Assembly: GCA_964230645.1 (NCBI GenBank)
Contig: CAXRHT010000001.1
Coordinates: 768,001-832,000, forward strand
DNA: 64,000 nt
Direction: 5' to 3'
Source: Bdellovibrionales bacterium
GTDB taxonomy: Bacteria > Bdellovibrionota > Bdellovibrionia > Bdellovibrionales > JAGQZY01
Shown here: positions 29,496 through 38,860 of the stretch, piece after piece
Layout of the letters: every line of letters starts with the position of its first letter
Position numbering within the stretch: position 1 is the stretch's first letter
The notes under the pieces: model-generated
Database searches by the model: none
What the model saw: the letters and a program-made list of their open reading frames with translations, nothing else
What the model was told of the DNA's origin: nothing
Program-made: the position numbers and the translations under genes

Positions 29496-30887
29496 TTAAA
29501 GTTCATCCGCTAGTGGCTGAGGGTTTCCGTCCTCGGCTAGGGCTTCAAGTCCCTTGCGCTTGATCTCTGTATCTTTCACAAAAAGGGGATTTTGAGTGCC
29601 CTCAAAAAGGACTGCCACTCCAGGAGTCACAGGAGTGGGAGAGTTCTGAGCTGTAGTGATGATCAGCTCAAAAGTTCCCTGGTCATCAATTCGAGTGAGC
29701 TCAACGTCAACTATATCGGCAACACTCGGGGCATCCTCGGAGTCGACAACTCTAACAAGAGCGTTGTCGTCTTCTGGTCCGGTATTTGCCTCGGGTTGAT
29801 TGGGAGCTTGATTATCACCTTGGCCGAAAGCTTGATCTTCTTCAGTTCCAGCATCCCAAAGTGTTAGCTCCTCAGTGATCACCGCTGTTACTTCATCACT
29901 TGTCAGAGCCCAAACGTCTAAGCCTTCATTCGCAAGGGGCGCAATAAACCAGTCGTTAGACTTTGCGACCATCGTGGCTAAGGTCAATCTCTCACCTTCC
30001 TGTGCTTTGAACTCAACACTGTAGCTCATACCAGGTGCCAAGGGTCCGGCTTCGTTAGCCCCCACCGGGGTATTAAAAAGCAAGTGATCGATAATATTCA
30101 CAGCCTCTAAATCTCCAACGGGGTTACTGTTTGCCGCAAGATCTTCTCCTAGCTTGTCAGGGTTACCATCTTCGGCCAGTGCTTCAAGGCCTTGAAGTTT
30201 CGCCTCAGAGTCGGCAACAAAAATAGGATTTTGATCGCCTGAGTAAATGGCAATCACTCCTGGAGTCACCGGACTTTGAGAATCATCCACTGTGGATATT
30301 ACGATTCGATAAAGACCGTCACTATCAAGGCGAGTCAATTGAACTTGGATATATTTCTCGACTTGTCCCAACTCCCCTTCCACTAAACGCACGGTCGCGT
30401 TGTCGTCCGCGGGCCCAGTGTTGGGCTCAGGTTGACGAGGCGCTTGGTTAGGGCCTTCACCAAAAGTTTCATCCTCTTCGGTTCCTGCATCCCAGACCGC
30501 AAATTCTGAGGTTATATCTTTATCAAACTGCCCTTCGGTTAAAGCCGCAAGGTCTAGCCCTTCGTTGGCTCTCGGTGCAATAAACCAATCATTTGTTTGT
30601 GCCACCATGGAGGCGAGTGTCACCCTTTCGTCTTCGTTTATGGTAAACTCCATAGAGTAACTCATTCCGGGCTCAGCAGGCCCCGCATCGGAACTCCCCA
30701 CGGGTGTATTGAAAATCATGTGGTCAGCCACATTCACATCATCGAGCTTTTGCATCACCTGATCTTCATTAACATCCGGATTGATGGCCAGTGCTGGAAC
30801 ATTGTCTGTGGAATCACAAGCGGTCACCACCAGTGCCAGTGACGCTAAAACCATAAGCCCCATTTTTGTTTTAAGAAAATGCCTCAT
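29496..30887 (-). CDS. Lipoprotein with two tandem Spondin_N-like domains
   Basis: Lipobox VTA-C; two copies of M..(T/S)NDWF...WDAGTEED...PG...LEALAEDGNP. Confidence 0.85.
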   Translation of the reverse strand: MRHFLKTKMGLMVLASLALVVTACDSTDNVPALAINPDVNEDQVMQKLDDVNVADHMIFNTPVGSSDAGPAEPGMSYSMEFTINEDERVTLASMVAQTNDWFIAPRANEGLDLAALTEGQFDKDITSEFAVWDAGTEEDETFGEGPNQAPRQPEPNTGPADDNATVRLVEGELGQVEKYIQVQLTRLDSDGLYRIVISTVDDSQSPVTPGVIAIYSGDQNPIFVADSEAKLQGLEALAEDGNPDKLGEDLAANSNPVGDLEAVNIIDHLLFNTPVGANEAGPLAPGMSYSVEFKAQEGERLTLATMVAKSNDWFIAPLANEGLDVWALTSDEVTAVITEELTLWDAGTEEDQAFGQGDNQAPNQPEANTGPEDDNALVRVVDSEDAPSVADIVDVELTRIDDQGTFELIITTAQNSPTPVTPGVAVLFEGTQNPLFVKDTEIKRKGLEALAEDGNPQPLADEL

Positions 30888-31087
30888 ATCTCCTCCTTAT
30901 GGAAAATGGAAAAATATTGAATTTCGATACTCAGGCATTTTTGATTTTTTTGGTTGAAGGCATGTTGCTGTTAATGTGTAGTTAGCTAATTAAATGTTTT
31001 TTAGTAATAGACCTATCACTTTTACGAAATTCTTTAAACTTGAGTTCAGAACTTTCTCCTAGAAGAAAACAACAATTGCTCCAAATT

Positions 31088-31119
31088 AAAAAGGGCTCTA
31101 GCTACGATCTAGAACCCTT
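31088..31119 (-). terminator. Terminator-like hairpin
   Basis: AAGGG.TCTAG / CTAGA.CCCTT stem, G-U compatible on the minus strand, followed by a U tract. Confidence 0.55.
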
Positions 31120-31210
31120 GAAAAGTGCTGCAATTATTACGTTACAACATCTGTTTGAACACAACAAAAAGCGAAACATCGCTAAGTAAACTTGTCACAA
31201 TGGAAAATTT

Positions 31211-31516
31211 TTACCTCCTCTCCCGTCTAACGTTAAAATTGTACTGTCTGCTATCAAAAATTAGGTTTTCTGTTATCTCTATGTCATAGAAATTCAGTCC
31301 TCCTGTTTGGTTTTTAAAAAATTGAAATTGGCAATAACTCCTTTCCATTTTTTCTGGTGCCAAAACTAACCAGCCACCCTCTTCAATTTGCAAAGCCTGT
31401 ACCTGGATTGAAAAATCAGTTTCAAACTGAACTTTTTTCAGGAACCTAGTGCGAGATCTAAAGAATTTAACAAGGTGAAAAAAATGAAGTCTGAACTTGT
31501 GAAATGAGAAATCCAA
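31211..31516 (-). CDS. Possible hypothetical protein
   Basis: 101-aa ORF co-oriented with its neighbours; no motif. Confidence 0.3.
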   Translation of the reverse strand: MDFSFHKFRLHFFHLVKFFRSRTRFLKKVQFETDFSIQVQALQIEEGGWLVLAPEKMERSYCQFQFFKNQTGGLNFYDIEITENLIFDSRQYNFNVRRERR

Positions 31517-31571
31517 TGAATGGGAAAGCTTTACAGGGAGCTTCCCAATTTTGTCACAATAAAGATGTTAA

Positions 31572-32735
31572 TTATCGATTGGGGCAACGAACACGGTCGT
31601 CAGGAATACCGTTTTCATTGGCGTACTTGGTGTACTGTTGGCAGACTCTTCCGAAAAGAAACGAATCTTTAGCTCCAAATTCAAGAGAACTGGCAAGGCC
31701 CCTTTGCCTTCTCATATGTTTTTGCAGCATGTCTCTAAAATTAGGGTCATTTTTACTAAGAGCGGCCAATCTTTTTAAGCGATTTTTTTCGGCCAAGGCC
31801 GCACTCGCCCGCATTCTGGAAGCATGAGATCCACCGGATCCACTCATTCCAAAAAATCGCTCACCGAGTCCCTTGGCAATTCCAGCAAGCCTTCCTAAGA
31901 GTCCATCTCCACTAGTTGAAGAACCACCTGAAGCCGCAGCACCACCGCCACCAGAACCTCCTGAGGCAGAAAAACCGCCACTACCACCAGCACCACCACC
32001 AACAGAAGCCATTGCGCGAGAGGAATTTTTACTCCTTTCAGCATCTTCACCTGCAGAAGGACCGCCAGCACTATTTTGTCGGTTGAGCATAACGGCTGAC
32101 TGACCACTAGCCAGGGATTGAGATTTTACCGTATCGGGATTGCTACCGTTCTTAAAATTGGCGCCACCTGAAGCCCCACTGTCCTCACTCGCATAGAGCA
32201 AGCCACCTTTGACCATCGTTTGACCACCGGGGTTGCTACCGCCTCCAAGACCCGTAATCCCCGACCCAGCGTCATCCGCGTAGGGATCCTGAGCCTGCGC
32301 CTGTTGTCTTGCCGACTGATCAAAAGCAGTGTCTTCATCATCACTAGCTCCCGGAGGATTGCCATTTGTGCCTCCAGCGCCATTGCCAACTCCAGAAACA
32401 CTTGAATTGTTAAAATTATGGACTTGTTCGGCAGACGCACCTCTTCTGGATTCTGGATCTCTATCAGGACGCGCACCTGAAAGCTGAAAATTTCTTCTAT
32501 TTCCCTGAAATTCCAATGCTCCTGTTTCAGGTTCCACCTCAATTCCAGTTTCTGATCTTAAGTCCTCCCAGCCCGAGCTGTGAGGACCAGCCGCAGTCCG
32601 ACTTCCGATACATCCTTGGGGCTGGAAAACAGCGTCGCAGGCTAATACAGCCTCAACATCGACCATCTCTCCAGCCTTAGAATTATAGCCAAAGAGTGAT
32701 ATAGAGATGCAAATTAAAACTACAACAACTTTCAC
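31572..32735 (-). CDS. Secreted Gly/Ser-rich low-complexity hypothetical protein
   Basis: Signal peptide, Gly/Ser-rich centre, Cys pairs at both ends. Confidence 0.75.
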   Translation of the reverse strand: MKVVVVLICISISLFGYNSKAGEMVDVEAVLACDAVFQPQGCIGSRTAAGPHSSGWEDLRSETGIEVEPETGALEFQGNRRNFQLSGARPDRDPESRRGASAEQVHNFNNSSVSGVGNGAGGTNGNPPGASDDEDTAFDQSARQQAQAQDPYADDAGSGITGLGGGSNPGGQTMVKGGLLYASEDSGASGGANFKNGSNPDTVKSQSLASGQSAVMLNRQNSAGGPSAGEDAERSKNSSRAMASVGGGAGGSGGFSASGGSGGGGAAASGGSSTSGDGLLGRLAGIAKGLGERFFGMSGSGGSHASRMRASAALAEKNRLKRLAALSKNDPNFRDMLQKHMRRQRGLASSLEFGAKDSFLFGRVCQQYTKYANENGIPDDRVRCPNR

Positions 32736-32740
32736 TGATA

Positions 32741-33625
32741 CTATTCCGGTCTAGGTTCAGGTCTCACGGCACTCATTTCAACAAAACGGTTCAAATCCTG
32801 TAAAGACTGTAAGATTGATATTGCTTTTCTACGATTAATTTTATGCCTGTTCGCATTCAGATGGATTACTGAGGCCGCCCCTCCATCCCCCATCATATAG
32901 TTACTAAATTCGGTCAGTAGATTATCAATCCCGGCTTCGGTACAGGAAGCGAGGAGATGCTCCTTACCTTCTTGGTTATAGTCACCAATAATCTGTTTAA
33001 AAGTATCTTTACAATTGGGCGCTTGAGCTTGAGCTAGTGCCTGTGCACAAGATTGATTGGCTGTAACCATCTTCTTTAAATGATCATTTAGAGCGTTAGT
33101 CGTTCGAATGGCTGTCGATCTCCAATCAACCGAAGAAGATGTATCACTCGCTAGACCTCTTGCACTTTGTAATGCCTCCGTTAGCTCTGAATTTTCAGGA
33201 TCTGCGATAACTGAAGAGGCATTAGGATTTTGTTGGGATGGAGAAGAGGGGCCAAAAGTAGCTCCCTCTGGAATAGATCCTTCACACTGCCACCTGATAT
33301 TATTTAAACTACAATTATTATCGAAAAGATTGGCGAGATAACCTCTCATCTCCTCAACCAAACAAACATTTTGCCTCATCTGCTGCTTGGCCATGATTTC
33401 ATTGGCGACACCCTCTAAACGTTCCACGACGGCGGGATCATTAGTCATCATCATTTCGTTATTCAAACGACGCAAGTTTGCCTGTTCAGCACTTATCCTT
33501 AATCTTAACTCTTCTTTTAGCGGTTCTATATATTTAGATCGAACAATTTGCTCATCATACCCAAACTGAGCAAATGCTGGAATTGAAAACAGTAATGACA
33601 TCAATATGATAAAAATTTGTTTCAT
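32741..33625 (-). CDS. Secreted helical Cys-containing hypothetical protein
   Basis: Signal peptide ending PAFA; 5 nt from the downstream gene. Confidence 0.75.
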   Translation of the reverse strand: MKQIFIILMSLLFSIPAFAQFGYDEQIVRSKYIEPLKEELRLRISAEQANLRRLNNEMMMTNDPAVVERLEGVANEIMAKQQMRQNVCLVEEMRGYLANLFDNNCSLNNIRWQCEGSIPEGATFGPSSPSQQNPNASSVIADPENSELTEALQSARGLASDTSSSVDWRSTAIRTTNALNDHLKKMVTANQSCAQALAQAQAPNCKDTFKQIIGDYNQEGKEHLLASCTEAGIDNLLTEFSNYMMGDGGAASVIHLNANRHKINRRKAISILQSLQDLNRFVEMSAVRPEPRPE

Positions 33626-33906
33626 TTTCCCCTACCCATATCAGTCCATTATATAAGGTGAAGGCAAATTAGAACAGTTCTACTCTATTTTACGAGTCAA
33701 AATGAGACAGGATTGGAGCTTACCAAATCATTTGCTGTGACACTTTATGTTTCTAATCTGTAAATAATGTATACACTCTTGAAAAATTACCAGAGGGTAT
33801 GGCAATTATTAATAATCTCAATATGATAAACCCCTTACAATGATTGAAGAATTATCAATTGGTATGGAACTTGATATTAATAAGTACAAAAGGCTGGGAG
33901 GCTTAG

Positions 33907-34536
33907 ATGTTGAAAAAAATGTTAATCACCACAATAACAATAATGATGTTTCCTCTAATCGGTCACACAGAAAATGTGAGATCGGAAGATACTCTGGCTC
34001 GTTACACTTGTTTTCGAACAGACCAATCTGGAAACAACGCCTCTGGTAAAGTCGTTATCTTTCAACAACGTCACAATGACAATATTAACGGGGAAGATTT
34101 CAACTCTGGTCAACATTCCACAATTGCTGAGTTCTCTGTTCACGTTTTCAAAGGCGTTAACGAGGTAAGAGGTCTAAATTCATTCGAACAACTTCAGGAT
34201 TTAGATACTTTAGAACTCTCTGAAAACCTACTTTCTCAAGTGGGCACTACCTATCATGAAAAGCGTGACAATTACCTAGAGTATAATGATGGCGTTGCAC
34301 AAAGAAGAGGGGCCTTCTTAGGATTCAGCTGGAACGACCGAGATGGTAGCCTTGCACTGAATAGCGGCTTCACAACATCTGGAATTTTTAGTAACCGCAG
34401 AGAAAACTTTGAGGACACAGACCAAGGCTCTATGGTTTGTAATTTTCCCGATTTTATTTCTGAAAGGACAGAACTTGTCCTAAACGAGGAGACTCTTCAG
34501 AACGAAAACAACACAGTGAATTCAGTATTAAGATAG
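33907..34536 (+). CDS. Secreted hypothetical protein (paralog A)
   Basis: GGGAGG RBS, signal peptide, two Cys. Confidence 0.75.
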   Translation: MLKKMLITTITIMMFPLIGHTENVRSEDTLARYTCFRTDQSGNNASGKVVIFQQRHNDNINGEDFNSGQHSTIAEFSVHVFKGVNEVRGLNSFEQLQDLDTLELSENLLSQVGTTYHEKRDNYLEYNDGVAQRRGAFLGFSWNDRDGSLALNSGFTTSGIFSNRRENFEDTDQGSMVCNFPDFISERTELVLNEETLQNENNTVNSVLR

Positions 34537-34545
34537 TCTTTAGCC

Positions 34546-34576
34546 AAGCCACCTTCCTCCCAGGGTGGCTTTTGTT
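34546..34576 (+). terminator. Intrinsic terminator
   Basis: AAGCCACC-loop-GGTGGCTT followed by T-rich tract. Confidence 0.7.
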
Positions 34577-34716
34577 GTCTAGAAAATTTCCAACCCTGTA
34601 AATTTCACAGTTCAAGTTCTAAAAGCAACTCTTCTCTTATATAATATTTCTTTATTTCGCGGAACTATCAACCAGTTTTAGATCTTGAATTCATTGCTGC
34701 AAGCAAGGTATTGACT

Positions 34717-35265
34717 ATGAAATTTTTAACGACTTTTATACTTATTATTACTGGAGCGAGCTTTTCTCTGGCTACGGCCAGTGCAGACGAAAATTTAGCG
34801 CAACTTATATGCTTCACACATACCACAGGTGAAAATGCTTCATCGCAAGGTGATGTGTTTATCTTCACGCAAGAGCCTGGAAGTGGTGTCAGCGGCAAAG
34901 CAATTGCCGAAGTTGAGACGGATGAATACCAAAATACCATCGTCACTCCCGACCTTAAATTCCGTATGCAGCACTATCAAGAAGATGGGAATTCGGTTGA
35001 TGAATTAGTTAAACTCAACGCTCCTTTAGCTAGTCAGGGATCCGCTATATTGACCCTCTCTGAAGATCTCACACAAAATTCCATTAATATAGCCCCCACT
35101 CATTCTGTGCTTCTTCAAAGACAAATGGATGGAGTCGGTATCGGAAACTTCAATGACTCCCTTGGTGACGGGCTTCAATTTAAGACTGACGATATGAAAG
35201 GAAGTCTTACATACGAGGGTACGAGCCTACCCGTTTCCTGCTACAGTCATATAATTTCCCAGTAA
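34717..35265 (+). CDS. Secreted hypothetical protein (paralog B)
   Basis: Signal peptide ending ASA; N-terminus resembles 33907..34536. Confidence 0.75.
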   Translation: MKFLTTFILIITGASFSLATASADENLAQLICFTHTTGENASSQGDVFIFTQEPGSGVSGKAIAEVETDEYQNTIVTPDLKFRMQHYQEDGNSVDELVKLNAPLASQGSAILTLSEDLTQNSINIAPTHSVLLQRQMDGVGIGNFNDSLGDGLQFKTDDMKGSLTYEGTSLPVSCYSHIISQ

Positions 35266-35275
35266 CTTTTTTCAA

Positions 35276-36079
35276 TTACATCATGAGGCAAGCCATTTTC
35301 TCAAGACTTTGAGAAAGGGCTCGGCCCACGTCACTAAATGAGGATGCGGGCGTGAGATAGTTGGGATGAGTGACAACATGATCCCTGTAGAAGTCTCTTG
35401 TAATATAAAGATCTTCAGGCATATCGTTGGGGTCTCTTGGTTCAACCGTTTCACCGAGCATTTCCATGAGCTCATCCGCTCTACCTCTTCCTGTATCTTC
35501 ATATACGACAATGGGAAGACCATGAACTTGAATGCCTTCATAGCGAAAGAGATTTTTTAAGTTTAAAAATTCTTCGGCGGTATATTCATTGGGTGGACCG
35601 TCTCCTGAAATAAGGACCACTCTTCGAAAGGCTTGGTTGCCATCTCTTTTGAGGACTTCGAGTGACTTCTCAAGAGCTCCTCGCACATTGGTTACGTATC
35701 CGGTTCCATAAAGCTTAGCCAGTGGTGTTGGTGAGTTGATTTGGTTTCCAAAAAGAAGGGCTAAAGAAAAAAGGTCTTCCTCGGACCGAATACGCTTAGG
35801 TTCAAAAACAACGGACTGAGATTCACTCCAAAAAATCACACTTACTTCGGTACACCCACAACCTAAAAAAGGCCCCCAGAGATTCTCATTCATAAAGGCC
35901 TGCTGATAACCCTGCATCTGTAGGTTCATCTCCTGAGTATTAACCGAATGAGAAATATCTACAGCTATGACCACAGACTGATCAACTACGGACTGAGCGT
36001 CGCCACAGGCAGCCAAAGAGTATATTGAGATTAAGAAAATCTTTGAAAACACTAATATGATTCTGACAACTTGTAACAT
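35276..36079 (-). CDS. DUF1194 / von Willebrand factor A domain protein
   Basis: VIAVDISHSV...E..LQ..GY..A, WS, ISGDGPPN. Confidence 0.8.
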   Translation of the reverse strand: MLQVVRIILVFSKIFLISIYSLAACGDAQSVVDQSVVIAVDISHSVNTQEMNLQMQGYQQAFMNENLWGPFLGCGCTEVSVIFWSESQSVVFEPKRIRSEEDLFSLALLFGNQINSPTPLAKLYGTGYVTNVRGALEKSLEVLKRDGNQAFRRVVLISGDGPPNEYTAEEFLNLKNLFRYEGIQVHGLPIVVYEDTGRGRADELMEMLGETVEPRDPNDMPEDLYITRDFYRDHVVTHPNYLTPASSFSDVGRALSQSLEKMACLMM

Positions 36080-36238
36080 CGTGTGCTTCTAACATCGATT
36101 TTAACTGCTCCGAAGAAATCACTGCAAATTGTAACTTTTCCATACATTCTGGGTTGGACAACAAAAATTATAATATTTGTTTATATGATTGACCAGGATC
36201 AACCAATAGCTTAGGGTCGCAAAATCAAGAGGTGACCT

Positions 36239-36577
36239 ATGTCCAAAAAATTATTTTTTCTTGTTTCTTTTATTTCTAGCTGTTTCGCTAGTGCAAGAGC
36301 TTCAGTTGACGTTACCGGTAGTGATTTCATGGAAAATGGAAATTCTAGACATGAATTCGTCGGGCAAGAAGAAATGCTTTTACATTTCTCAAATAGTGAT
36401 AAAATAGACCAATTCTTCAAGGATAACTCTTGTGCTTATGGAGTGGGAAATGAAATACAAAGTGAAGACGACGTTGTGGTTGATCTCACTAATTGTGACG
36501 TTATTATCGTTCCTCCTGATGTGGAAATTCTTGCCGCAGGAAATGTTTGGGAAGAAGGAGGTCGAAACTTCCTTTAA
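36239..36577 (+). CDS. Small secreted acidic protein (112 aa), candidate signal/RiPP precursor
   Basis: GAGGTG RBS; Sec-type signal ending ARA; acidic mature part with two Cys; first gene of the SBP-YcaO-HK operon. Confidence 0.65.
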   Translation: MSKKLFFLVSFISSCFASARASVDVTGSDFMENGNSRHEFVGQEEMLLHFSNSDKIDQFFKDNSCAYGVGNEIQSEDDVVVDLTNCDVIIVPPDVEILAAGNVWEEGGRNFL

Positions 36578-38018
36578 GGAAGTCGACCTGACCTTTTTTC
36601 TTCACCAGAAAAATCCATTTTCTACTAGTATTTATAAAAGTGATTATTTCAGAAACAACGCCCTGATGGTTAATCTGATCGGTTCACTTGTAAAAACTGA
36701 CAACGCAGGAAAATACAACCTGTATCTTGCAAAAAAATTGCAAACTACACTTGATAAGAAAACTTGGATCTTTACCCTCAGAGACAATCTATCTTGTGAA
36801 AATGGTGAAAAGATCACCGCAGCCTCCTACGCGAAAAACCTCACTCAGTCCTTGAAACGGTACAGCCGGATGGGGCAACTGCTTGAATTTAAGAAGCTCT
36901 CTGGAGCTAACGAGCTCGATAAATGGGATACCACACAAATTCCTGGAATAACCTACGAAGCAAACAACCTAATCTTGAAATTTGACCAAAGGCCAGAACA
37001 ATTGTTTGAGCGCTTGGCTGATAGATATTTCGGATACATTTGTTCAGGGAATTTTGAGGAGGATAATTACACTTGGAAAGACGAAAGTAAAATTATTTCA
37101 AGTGGTCCTTATAGAATCCATGAAGTAACGTCAGAATGGGACTTTACCTTAATTTATAGAAAAAAAGGGTCGGTTCCAAGGGAAACAGAGTTCAAAAAAG
37201 TAAGGTATAAAATTGTGAGTGATCCAAATGACATTCACAGCTCAACTTTTGTTGCTCAGCTCAACGAAATAATTCCCAAGAAGAAAAATGTTAATCTTGT
37301 CGGGGGAGTTCCAACATTTACAGTCAATCTGTCACTTCCGATCTGGGAAAAGTCTATCTTTCAAAATATTAAATCACGAAAATATTTTTTCTTTGAGCTC
37401 TACAATATAAAACAGAAAACACGATACAATGACACTTCAACTGTTTCTGCAAACAGTTTCTTCCCCCTTGACCAAAGAGACTATTTTTCCGAATACTACA
37501 AAAATAATAAAGTAAGACCTTGGATGTTTGAACAGAAAAGAACGGCTGTGGTTTCTTTGTCTACCGGTTTACCTCAAGATTATCAGAAATTGATTATCGA
37601 TAATTTAAAAACTATCGGACAAAAAATGAATTTCGAAATAGAACTTTACGATCCCCGAAAACACCAAGCTAAGACTCCAGAAAACATTAAGCCCTTTGAT
37701 ATCCGAATCACCTCAGTTGATATGGATGCCATTCCTTATTTTTCTCTTCTAGACATGATATTCTGTTCGGAATTGGGAGTGAGATATTCGGACAACGGAG
37801 GTAGAGTTTGCAAGTTCATAAACCAGCATATTAACACTCATAACGGACCTTTAGATACAGCTCAACGAGAGCAGTTACATAAACTCATTCTTGATAATGG
37901 ATTGGTCATGCCCTTGGCGCACAGGTCTCTAACATATATGTACTCAGACAACATCGATCTCAGTACTGTTTCAGCTTCTGGCCTTCACCCAGTGCCGAAT
38001 TTACTGAAGAAAAAATGA
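36450..38018 (+). CDS. Family-5 (oligopeptide-type) solute-binding protein with an N-terminal TM anchor
   Basis: LA......D.KTW.FTLR.....NGE.ITA and SSGPY motifs; GGAG RBS before ATG 36450. Confidence 0.8.
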   Translation: MKYKVKTTLWLISLIVTLLSFLLMWKFLPQEMFGKKEVETSFKEVDLTFFLHQKNPFSTSIYKSDYFRNNALMVNLIGSLVKTDNAGKYNLYLAKKLQTTLDKKTWIFTLRDNLSCENGEKITAASYAKNLTQSLKRYSRMGQLLEFKKLSGANELDKWDTTQIPGITYEANNLILKFDQRPEQLFERLADRYFGYICSGNFEEDNYTWKDESKIISSGPYRIHEVTSEWDFTLIYRKKGSVPRETEFKKVRYKIVSDPNDIHSSTFVAQLNEIIPKKKNVNLVGGVPTFTVNLSLPIWEKSIFQNIKSRKYFFFELYNIKQKTRYNDTSTVSANSFFPLDQRDYFSEYYKNNKVRPWMFEQKRTAVVSLSTGLPQDYQKLIIDNLKTIGQKMNFEIELYDPRKHQAKTPENIKPFDIRITSVDMDAIPYFSLLDMIFCSELGVRYSDNGGRVCKFINQHINTHNGPLDTAQREQLHKLILDNGLVMPLAHRSLTYMYSDNIDLSTVSASGLHPVPNLLKKK

Positions 38019-38860
38019 GAAAGTTAAGTATTTTCGAAAAGGCGCCTGAGAAACCTATTGTATATATGCAGAAACAGCAAGGCTTTGAAGATAATCAATC
38101 ATTTTATCATGTTACCCTACATTTTCCATCTACAAACATACTAGCCTCTGGAAGCGACCGAAGCAAGAGGATCGCTACCAACAAAGCTTGCTGTGAAGCT
38201 GTTGAAAGATTATTTTACCATAGGCACCAAGGCACAGATGTCATGAAATTCCGAGAACTTAATTCAACCACATGTATGGCTGCAGGTTTTGATTTAAGAA
38301 AAACTATTCAACGTTCGAACAACGAATGTGTAGAAAGGTATATTAAGTTACTTATTAATCAAAAAAAGTTCACACCAAAAAAGTCTCAAATTGCTAAATC
38401 AGATTATCGTTACCTTGCAGGATGTTTCGATCGTATAGAGAGGTTTACCGTGCAAGTTTCGTTTTTAGACTATAATGGTATTTCACAGGTTCGCTGGTTT
38501 ACGCTTTGTCTTTGTTGGCAAAAAGGTCGCTTTGTAACAGGTTCTTCTGTGAATAATTCTGCTGAAATGGCTACGGAACACTCTCTTGTCGAAGCTAAAA
38601 GAAACTTAACTATACTAAACAAACTGGATTCGCCACCCTATAATCAGTTTAAAAATTCGTTTTATTCAAAAGTAAAAAAAATGTCGAAATCAGGAGTAAA
38701 AGCCCTAAACTACTTGGAGAATATTAACATCGAAAAAGACCAAGTCATGCTTCCAAAAATCTACTGGCAGGAGTACTCTAATTTTCTCGGCACACACGTC
38801 TGTCGATCTTTTCTACAAGGGTACCTCTTAGACCTACCAAACCAGAAGGATCTTTTTTGA
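38015..38860 (+). CDS. Compact YcaO-like protein
   Basis: SG......A..KA..EAVER, S...MAAG...........E.VER, G.S.......A...L.EA; these resemble the YcaO ATP-binding motifs. Confidence 0.7.
   Translation: MRKLSIFEKAPEKPIVYMQKQQGFEDNQSFYHVTLHFPSTNILASGSDRSKRIATNKACCEAVERLFYHRHQGTDVMKFRELNSTTCMAAGFDLRKTIQRSNNECVERYIKLLINQKKFTPKKSQIAKSDYRYLAGCFDRIERFTVQVSFLDYNGISQVRWFTLCLCWQKGRFVTGSSVNNSAEMATEHSLVEAKRNLTILNKLDSPPYNQFKNSFYSKVKKMSKSGVKALNYLENINIEKDQVMLPKIYWQEYSNFLGTHVCRSFLQGYLLDLPNQKDLF

Noticed and set aside
31873..32103. Pro-rich ORF on the + strand
   Set aside because: Antisense shadow of the Gly-rich codons of 31572..32735.
36432..38018. Ordinary oligopeptide ABC importer
   Set aside because: No permease or ATPase genes are adjacent, and the SBP is coupled to YcaO and kinase genes. 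Use of a distant Opp permease cannot be excluded.
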